Positions 26,041-35,308 of a stretch of 64,000 nucleotides of DNA are shown here, one piece after another. Numbering within the stretch: the stretch's first letter is position 1; each line of letters starts with the position of its first letter. Where the stretch lies: positions 310,001-374,000 of the forward strand of contig NOWV01000030.1 of the NCBI GenBank assembly GCA_003344405.1. The letters are read 5' to 3'. The position numbers were made by a program, and so were the translations under genes. The notes beneath the pieces were generated by a model, which worked only from the letters and a program-made list of their open reading frames with translations, searched no databases and was not told the origin of the DNA. The stretch is from Trichoplax sp. H2 (lineage: Eukaryota).

Positions 26041-26575
26041 AACTAGTTAAGCATCGGAATACTATCCAACTCCACGCTGTATAATGAAACACATCTTATA
26101 TGGGCTATTTCTAAACACATATAAGTCTACATAACACCATATTAGACTACAATATTACATCATAATACGGCGGTAGCACTACGTATTAGTTATGCATAAG
26201 TACACGCGTATATAAACTAGTGAAGCATGGGAATACTATCCAACACCACGCTATATAATGAAACACATCTTCTATAGGCTATTTTGAAACACATGTAAAT
26301 CTACATAATACTATGTTAGACTAGAATATGACATCATAATATGGCGGTAGCACTACATATTAGTGAGGCATAAATATACGCGTATTCATAACCAGTTGAG
26401 CATCGAAATTCTATCCAACTCCACGCTATATAAAGAAACACATCTTCTAAGGCTATTTCTAACACATGTACGTAAAATTTACAAAATATCACGTTAGACT
26501 ACAATATTACATCGTAATATGGCGGTAGCACTACATATTAGTGAGGCTTAAATATATGCAAATATATAACTAGTT
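26041..26575. repeat. Tandem repeat, ~175 bp unit, 3 copies
   Basis: aactagt..agcat.ggaatactatccaac.ccacgct.tataa.gaaacacatctt...ggcggtagcactac at ~26041, 26215 and 26390. Confidence 0.9.
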
Positions 26576-26577
26576 AA

Positions 26578-27170
26578 TCTTACTATAGAATAATTAATTT
26601 CTATACCGTTATTGAGAATCAATTATAAATTAAGAGATTATAAAGAGACACTTAAACTTACTGAATTTTTATGATTTTCTTACTTTCTGTCTTACTATAG
26701 AATATTTAATTTCAATACCGTTCTGGAGAACAAATTAAATACCCGTATGGAATTATAAATTATAAAATTATCAAGAAGATACTTAAATATACTGAATATC
26801 TATTTATTTTCTTACTTTCTATCTTACGATGGAGTATCGTAGTTAATTTTAATGCCGTTACGGAGAATAAATTAAATATAGAATCATAAATTATAAGATT
26901 ATCAAGAGGATGTCTAAACATACTAAATATTCATTCGTTTACTAACTTTCTGTCTTACCTTAGAATAATTAGTTTCGATACCGTATTGGAGAATAAATGG
27001 AATATGCAATTATAAATGTAAGACTATTAAGGAGATTCTATCATTCTTCTTTGCTTTTCTACCTTACCTTGCAATATGTAATTGCGATACTGTAATGGAG
27101 AATAAGTGGATTATACAGCCATGACCTTTTATTATCATCAAGGAGGTATTTGACATTATGGAAATAAGTT
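26578..27170. repeat. Tandem repeat, ~110-130 bp unit, about 5 diverged copies
   Basis: tcttactatagaata.ttaatttc.ataccgtt..tggagaa...attataaatt.taagattat.aag recurs at ~26578, 26690, 26822, 26953 and 27063. Confidence 0.85.
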
Positions 27171-27814
27171 AATTTTGGAGCCATGACTTTTAAGATCACC
27201 CGTGCATAACTTAATTTTAAAGTACACGTATATCCAATTGTTTTCTCACTTAGTGCGAGCTTCCTTTCTCGCGTAGTGTAGTTTAGAATATGCGATGGAT
27301 AGAAAGGATATTATTTTCTGCCTTGCTTGGTAATGAGTGGTTTTTAAACAGTCGTGAAAAACAAGTTTGTACCGAAGCTATAGTGATAAGATCTTTTTGA
27401 AAGACATTAAAAGTACTCACATTAATCTATTTCTTAACAAATAGCAACGTGCGGTATTATATTTGTATATCTAGATATTCTTCCGTTTTATACTGTATCG
27501 TCGCAATTGATTCAATACAGTCATAAGAAGAAGAATTTAATGAGGTCACGATAGATTAGATAGCTGTAACAAATAGTATTTCAAATTTTCTTTCATTAAA
27601 ACAAAATTTCACTTTTATAGTTTACGAAAATAAGTTTAATTATTGAAGGCGGTAGCGGTTATTAGTATAGGAAGTTATCTATTGCAATTATCAGTGCTGT
27701 AACAACAGTGTTAAAAAATTATTTGTATACAACAAATCATAAAGAAAAGAAAATTTCCATCATAAAATGGATTGTGATATAACTATTAGCTGCAGCGAAA
27801 GGGTTGCAAGAGGA

Positions 27815-28600
27815 TGTTACGCAGCGAAGCACCGTACATATTAATGAAGTAGATTTCGTTATATAGCTAATGGCAATACGCTAAACAGTAATTATGAATA
27901 TTAATCGTGTATAGTTTAGCTAGATAACCAAGCGTGTTCTGAATTTAATTAGTATAATCTTTATAGATACTAATATTGACGGCGTCACCTTAGCACTCGC
28001 CGCGAAGTTCGAGTAACGTGCTGAACCTCGTTCGCTTAATTGGCTATTTATTAGTTATTGCCAATTAAAGTTGTATACTAGTTGTACCTATAGCAAACTA
28101 TGTAGTTTACTATAGGTTGTTTCCCTATACGAACCATGTATATGTTTTGTTGTTAAATTACTATGTGCGCACCACAAGTTCGGTGGTAGGCTATAAAAGG
28201 AGGAGCGAATGCTCAGCTCCTCAGTTCGTGATTAGATAGCGTTTCGCTTACTCTATTAATTAATAAAACTATACTAAACTCTTGGAACAGTCTTATCCCT
28301 ATGTGGTCGTAAGTCGTATAGGACTACCATACAGTAGACCTCCAGGTGTAATGGAGGTAGGAATAAGTAATATATTCGTTCAGGGTAGTAGTTCGCAAGT
28401 TAAATTTGTGACAGAAGAGTATACGCTTATTTTTTCAGTCTGAAAGCAAGTTTTGTTACATACAGTATAGTATTCTTAATGGACGTGCGCAAATACAATA
28501 CGAGAATTTTTAGGAGATCTTTGAGGCAATTCTTGATCTAGCTAAAAGATGGTAAACTAATATGTTATTACCTCTTTTACGCACATCTTAAATTGTTAAG
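27815..28600 (+). mobile_element. Possible degenerate LTR-retrotransposon relic (LTR-like promoter plus decayed gag-like start)
   Basis: TGTTAC at 27815, TATAAAAG 28192, Inr-like TCAGTT 28221 and AATAAA 28262 lie in U3-R-U5 order. Frameshifted peptides IREFL / IFEAILDLAKRW / MLLPLLR follow at ~28498-28590. No TSD or second LTR found. Confidence 0.3.
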
Positions 28601-29303
28601 AGTCCAAGTTGCAGATAGCAGAGAAAAGAATGGCTAAACCGTTTCGGGAATAACTTTGAGTCACGGATTGGTCACTTTCTCATCCATAGAGGATTAATGA
28701 TAAGATTTGCAATGTAAAGATAAGTTTATTTCATTCGTAATATGAAAGCCTTACATCCTTTTAGAGAAGATAAATTTTAATTTAATGCTAAAGTTTTCGT
28801 TATCGAAAGCAGTATGCATTCACTATTCCCCATCATCAATTGAAGATGCAATTAAGGTAATTGGTAAACATTGCTATCAAGGGCTAAAGGCACAAAATTA
28901 ACTTGATCACTAACACACGAGTATGAGCAGAATTGATCCGCCATAACTGTTGTCAAGCCTACGATAAGAAAATTTATCATTGGCTTGGATTAACATAACT
29001 TACGGTTACAAATTAGATTCTAATCAAGTTCAAGAATTACCATTCTACTCTATCACTCATTTCTATTCATGACATCTACATAAGATATGTATTACTATTA
29101 TTACAATAATAATTTTACACTGATCAATGATATAATCAAGTGGAAAAGTTCCAATTTTACTTGCTAGTAAGGTAGGTGTTACGAGAAAAAGTTAAGAAGG
29201 AAGCAAGGTTACCCAATTTACTTGGTTCGATTAAAAAAATAGACACATGTTATACCATCCAATCATCCATGTCCATCATGCTAAGATGTTTTAGCTTACA
29301 ATT

Positions 29304-30999
29304 TTAGTTGGATAGTGTGTGTACATCAAATTGATATTCTCCAAGACCGTTCCCAACTCTAGTTAATTGACCGATATGATCAGAGAGAGTTTTAATTATT
29401 CCAACTGATTCGCTCAGTAAATGGGATTCGATCCAATCACTTAATTGTGGATCGGAGTGAGAGTCGGTGATGACATGAAAATCGAGAGCGGCTTGATTGT
29501 ATTTCTTTTCTAGATCCAGAGCATGTTTCATCGAGTCTACACATGAGCCAAATTCTGATTTCTCCGGTTTGGTAATATCCATAAGGACGATACGTCCACC
29601 GCGAGTATTTTGCAAACTTAGCAGTTTTTCCAGAGTTTCTCTCTTTTCGCAAGCGCAATGTTTGAAAAATTTGGTCATGTTGGGTAGGTTGATGTCATCA
29701 CGATTAAAATAGAAAGCCTACAATCCAATGAAAAGAATAATATGATTAGGCTGCAGAATTGAAACGATCTACTGTAGTAGTTACAATTAAAGGAATGAAT
29801 GGTCAATATCGTCATTGCGAGTATTGATCGTAGTAAAAGGAGTAATAATATTGTATTGACTATCCGTGAGAGATACTGTTCGTATATGGTTACTGTCTAT
29901 CAATAACTCGTCGATGATAGTGTTATAATTTACTGTATTTCGGCGGATATTGATTAATTTTATTTGATGACTTGCTGTCAAACAATGATCATGAATCAAT
30001 TGCCTCCTATACGTAATTTAGTAATCAAAATTTAATCTGTTGAAGTGGTCATGAAGTCAAATACGTCGGTAGAAAGAGTAAGGGTACCGTCCAAGACAAT
30101 GATAGTTGATGAAATGGAATTGATTCGATTATCCTTACTGTCCATGGCTATTCCATTGTATCAATTTACTACTGTACTCAAGTAGAATCCCGTTAGTTAA
30201 GTTAATAAACGAGTAGTCTGAAAAGCGATTCAACACTGTATCTACGGCTGATTCTATTCAGGGATGAAGGTGTTGGCATTTTCTTGTAACGAGATCGAAA
30301 AAGAGTTTGCTACTTAACGAGTCATAACTACAAGTTCAACATAGTAAAGTAATTCGGAAATTTCTACTTGACAACACCAGAATAGAAAGCATGAAATAAT
30401 ATTACTGATTGAATGGTGAACATGTTCGAGGGTCGAATTTTACCGAAGCGGTTTTCTTCATTTACCCCATTCCATGACTCAATATACCGTACAGTACTAC
30501 TAGTAGGTGTAATCGATCGATTTATTGACAAATATGGAAGCCATTGATCGCGTAATTAGTCCATGTTGGAAATTGTTTTTAGGGGAAGGCGGCTTGCACA
30601 GTACTGGTCTTGCTGATCAATATGGGTCCGATATTGATTTTTCTCAATGGTTATGAACATTTTATTTTTCACTAGGCAACCGATCTTCAATGCCATTTTT
30701 CAATCGATCGCGTAATTAGTCAATGTTGGAAATGTTTTTTAGGGGAAAGCGGCTTGTACTGGTCTTGCTGATCAATATGGGTCCGATATTGATTTTTCTC
30801 AAAGGTTATCAACATTTTATGTTTCACTAGGCAACCGATCTTCAATGCCATTTTTCAATTTTTTTTCAAGCAATTGTACACCATATCAATCATGACTTAC
30901 CATTGCCATATAGACGTATTCGTAGTTTAGGGTAAGATTAATTAATTTATTGAGAGTAGCTTCTGATTCTGCATGAAAATTTTGTCGAGGTAAAGCCAT
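29304..30999 (-). CDS. Ferritin (170 aa, no signal peptide) with degenerate ferroxidase centre; exons 30901-30999 and 29304-29717
   Basis: MALPRQNFHAESEATLNKLINLTLNYEYVYMAM|AFYFNRDDINLPNMTKFFKHCACEKRETLEKLLSLQNTRGGRIVL...GLGEYQFD. The phase-0 GT-AG intron sits at the same position as intron 1 of vertebrate ferritins. Confidence 0.95.
30546..30859. repeat. Direct tandem duplication (~155 bp x2) in the ferritin intron
   Basis: gatcgcgtaattagtc.atgttggaaat...gatcttcaatgccatttttcaat at ~30546-30704 and ~30706-30859. Confidence 0.92.
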
Positions 31000-31071
31000 G
31001 GCGGAGCACTAAGCAAATCTTGTCGGAGAGTCAAGATGGACGCAGCTCAAGGACTGGAAGAAGAAAGCAAG

Positions 31072-31089
31072 TGAGTCAGATTGACGTCA
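31072..31089. promoter_or_regulatory. Adjacent AP-1 (TGAGTCA) and CRE (TGACGTCA) bZIP sites 73-90 nt upstream of the ferritin ATG
   Basis: gTGAGTCAgatTGACGTCAg contains two perfect consensus sites 3 nt apart. Function is inferred. Confidence 0.5.
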
Positions 31090-31200
31090 GCTTGAAGAAG
31101 TGATAGCCGGTACGGTACCAGTACAGTGTCCGATTACGGTGCTGCTCTCTGTCCGAATGTCCGTGGTACAGTGCAAAGCTACAGTACGCTGTACTGTACT

Positions 31201-31456
31201 GTACAGTGTACAGTACAATGTGATTATTTTGATGGCTACCCTTCGTTCAAAAATCAAAGTCGTATGCCGTTGAAATTGCTGTCTAGTATTTATTTATATA
31301 CTGTATACCCGTAGAAGGATATCTCCCAAGATAGATTATCATGATAACATCAACGTACAATGTCAATATAATACAGTGCTATACAGTGTACAGTACAATC
31401 GGATTATTTTGATGGCAACCCTTCGTTCAAAAATCAAAGTCGTATGCCGTTGAAAT
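31201..31456. repeat. Direct repeat (~75 bp, 180-bp spacing)
   Basis: tacagtgtacagtacaat..gattattttgatggc.acccttcgttcaaaaatcaaagtcgtatgccgttgaaat at ~31202 and ~31382. Confidence 0.9.
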
Positions 31457-32606
31457 CCTTGTATCATATTTATATACCGCACTATACTATTGACCGCAGT
31501 ACAATAGCATCAGTCTCAATTTAGTATTAGTATCCACGGCTGTCAAGTCGGCCTAGCAGTGACGTCATGGATTCTAAGCCCACAAGGGCCAATAAATAAT
31601 TTTGGGGGAAAATCGTTTGATGCCTGGCTTTTATTTTTCAAAATATAAACACTTATTATATTGATTGCTGGCCGTATTACAGGAGTCAAATCAACATCGA
31701 TATCCAATTTCCTATGTATAAAATACGAATCTATACAGTCATGTACTGTAGATTCGTAGAATGGCAGTCTTCATTGAGCACGTCCGCCACTCAACAAAAG
31801 AGAAGTAGCGTATTGTGCAACGAGTCGAACAAAATTGTTGTGGGCAAGTTCCACTAGTAGCGGCAATCGATGAGATATATTCAAGATATTTTGAATGCAC
31901 CGGTATCGGGTGATGTCTCCATCTTTCCGTTATCTGTCAAGTATCTCTCTAAACTGTGACAATTTTGGGGTTGCCAACAGGATTGACAATAAGTAGGTTT
32001 ATATTTGGATACCACGATGCTGTCATCAAGCCATTCAAAGTACATTGAATAACTTGAAGTGAATGGCTCTCATTCACGTACGACAGACGAGACTTTTCTA
32101 CATACATCTCAAAGTCCATGACATAACCACGGACTGCTAAAAAAAGGAAAGAGGGACAGGTAGCGGCCGTTCAGTGCAAAATAATAATGAACGGCTGGCT
32201 ATTTTTCTGGTCATTCTGCTCTACGCTATCAACGAAACCGTATGCCATACTGTACTCAGTGTACTGTACGCTCATTTGGATGGATGGCAAGCACGGACAG
32301 TATTAGTGTATCCTTTCAGTCGTACAGTTCAATTGAATTGACCAGTAAAATAACTAGTTTCATCATTTTTTACTTGACTGAATGGCCTTTTCTCACTCAC
32401 TCCCTTTCCTTTCTTGGAAATCCGTGACATAACAGTACAGTACACTAGGTTAGCTCAGTAGTAGTAGAAAAAGTAATCCATGACTACACCTAGTGACGGT
32501 CAAGGCCTTCTTCTGGTACAGGAGTCCTTGTTTTTGACGGTCTAGTCCATTATTCCTGTTGATAACATCGAGACCGTTTGACATGGCTTAATTTAGAAAG
32601 GGAACA

Positions 32607-33345
32607 GCGAGCAAAATTGATGTCTATATATTATTCTATCGCCAGGTGTTTACACTGAAGAATGAATCAATACGAGTGACATTACTTTTAGCGAGTAAAG
32701 TTAATGTCTGTGTACTATTCTATCCTCAGCTGTTTACACTGAAGAATAAATCAATACGAGTGACATTGCTTTTAGCGAGCAAAGTTGATGTCTGTGTACT
32801 ATTCTTCAGGTCTACTGACATTGCTTTTAGCGAGCAAAGTTGATATCTGTGTACTATTCTTCAGGTCTAATGACATTGCTTTTAGCGAGCAAAGTTAATG
32901 TCTGTGTACTATTCTATCGTCAGCTGTTAACACTGAAGAATGAATCAATACGAGTGACATTATTTTTAGCGAGCAAAGTTAATGTCTGTGTACTATTCTA
33001 TCGTCAAATGTTTACGCTGAAGAATGAATCAATATGAATGACATTACTTTTAGCGAGCAAAGTTAATGTCTGGGCACTATTCTATCGTCACGTGTTTACA
33101 CTAAAGAGTGAATCAATACGGGTGACATTACTTTTAGCGAGCAAAGTTATTGTCTGTGTACTATTCTATCTTCATGTGTTTACACTGAAGAATGAATCAA
33201 TGCGAGTGACATTACTTTTAGCGAGCAAAGTTACTGTCTGTGTACAGTACTATTCTACAGTATTGTCAGCTTTTTAGATTGAAGAATAAATCAATACGAG
33301 TGACATTACTTTTAGCGAGCAAAGTTACTGTCTGTGTACTATTCA
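32607..33345. repeat. Minisatellite, 84-bp unit (about 7 copies) with two internal 55-bp variants
   Basis: Unit agcgagcaaagttaatgtctgtgtactattctatcgtcagctgtttacactgaagaatgaatcaatacgagtgacattactttt. The gcgag anchor lies at 32691, 32775, 32830, 32885, 32969, 33053, 33137, 33221 and 33315. Confidence 0.95.
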
Positions 33346-33894
33346 CCACAGGCTGTATCATCATCAGCTGTTTACACTAATAAGTGAATCATTGTTAGTA
33401 ACATCCCTTTTAGTCCATCTTTTCCATACTCTGGTGTCTTGAGTGTGCGACTTTGTTGCACCTCCATGGCGCATTCCAATCATAGCTGAGGCATTTTCCA
33501 TTGGGCTTCCATTGCATACAGTACAGCTAGCGAGCACTTGCACCGACACGTACCATACAGTCCTATTATAGTAACAGTATGACAATAGCTTCTATTCATA
33601 GCGCAGACGTGTACTGGCTTGCACCATAGATACGCGATGGCAAACGCTGCTACGCCTTGATTATAAATTGACATGCAATGCAGTCCTTGCATGTTATTCT
33701 TTCAAATCACTTGTGGTAATCCTATCGAAGTTTGCCTTCCAATTTGTAAATCATCCAATTCCTAGGCAAGCTTTCCTTAATCGGTAACGTTGAATTTTAT
33801 TTTCTTGTTGATTTAGTTTTGGTAGTATTGCTAGTTGTTAATAATGGATTGCATCGTCGTGGATAGTAGCATCATGACATGATTGGGGAAGGAT

Positions 33895-34884
33895 TGTCGT
33901 CGATCATGATGATCATTCATATAAGAGTTATCTTACAAAATGGATTTGAATCGGTACCTTTTATGCTCTTTTGAACTATTCCGTAGTTTTAATAAGACAT
34001 TGTTATTTTCTACTGGCACTTTGGAGTGGGTTACGGTAGTGGTGGATCATTGTTCATGGTTATACAGTGGCGATGATCGTGATTAACAACAACAAATCAA
34101 GTGAAATACCCTCAGCTGCAGAAGACATATACAAAACACATTCCATCATTCCTAATACGCGTAGTATAGTATTTTAGCTACGACTATCCTGTACTCAAAT
34201 TCTGTAGTGTTATAGTGCTTCAGTTAAAAATGAGGCATCAAGCATGCCACTCTATTACCGTACATTTGGCCCTGCCATATGAACATCGATATCTTGAAAT
34301 ACTCAGCGTAAATGGCAGATGGGAGACGATCATTTCCGATGCCTAATAANNNNNNNNNNNNNNNNNNNNTGTCGTCGATCATGATGATCATTCATATAAG
34401 AGTAATCTTACAAAATCGATTTGAATCGGTACCTTTCATGTTCTTTTGAACTATTCCGTAGTTTTAATAAGACATTGTTATTTTCTACTGGCACTTTGGA
34501 GTGGGTTACGGTAGTGGTGGATCATTGTTCATGGTTATACAGTACAGTGGCGATGATCGTGATTAACAACAACAAATCGAGTGAAATACCCTCAGCTGCA
34601 CAAGACGTATACAAAACACATTCCATCATTCCTAATACGCGTAGTATAGTATTTTAGCTACGACTATCCTGCCGATAGGATGTTCATAACAGACCGTCGA
34701 GAAATTTCTCTACGGTCTCTATGCTGTACTCAAATTCTGTAGTGTCATAGTGCTTCAGTTAAAAATGAGGCATCAAGCATTCCACTCTATTGCCGTACAT
34801 TTGGCCCTGCCATATGAACATCGATATCTTGAAATACTCAGCGTAAATGGCAGATGGGAGACGATCATTTCCGATGCCTAATAA
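33895..34884. other. Near-identical ~455/515-bp duplication flanking a 20-N gap (34350-34369); probably uncollapsed alleles
   Basis: 33895-34349 matches 34370-34884 apart from SNPs, a 5-bp indel and a 55-bp indel. Copy 1 ends and copy 2 starts exactly at the gap. Confidence 0.85.
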
Positions 34885-35308
34885 GGAATAAGTTATTTTT
34901 TATCCTTCTTCAATAATAATACTGTCATGAGTGAATTGAATCAGTGAGTAACACGGATACTGTCGTAAGACTCATCACTGTGATCACGTTCAAAAAAGAA
35001 ATAATAAGGATATAGACGGCAGCAACCCATAGCAGCTCAATAAGCCTATGGGCCGTGCACAGTATACCGTTGAACAAGCGACATCCGTGTCTAACAGGAG
35101 CTCAGCAATTGGTGCAAACTCATCTCACGACACGACTAACGATGATAAATATCGACTTACTATGCTGTACAGTGTACTAGACTACTAATCGAGCTTTGTA
35201 TCCATGCCTATAGCTCAACTCCTTGTCTACATTCTTCAATACTACATTATAGATATTTTGCAGAACTATCCTACTCAAAAGACGTATTGAACCGTGCACT
35301 CCGCTTGT

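Noticed and set aside
32095..32135. piggyBac transposase fragment (GYVMDFEMY)
   Set aside because: One short motif with no flanking catalytic motifs or TTAA-bounded TIRs.
32161..32201. Hairpin containing CAGTG as a ferritin IRE
   Set aside because: CAGTG is on the strand opposite ferritin, more than 1 kb upstream, and is not a 6-nt apical loop with a C bulge.
32607..33345. CRISPR-like array
   Set aside because: Units repeat head-to-tail with no unique spacers, there are no cas genes, and the context is eukaryotic. It is a minisatellite.
33895..34884. Genuine tandem segmental duplication
   Set aside because: The copies abut the N gap exactly, which fits overlapping allelic contig ends better.
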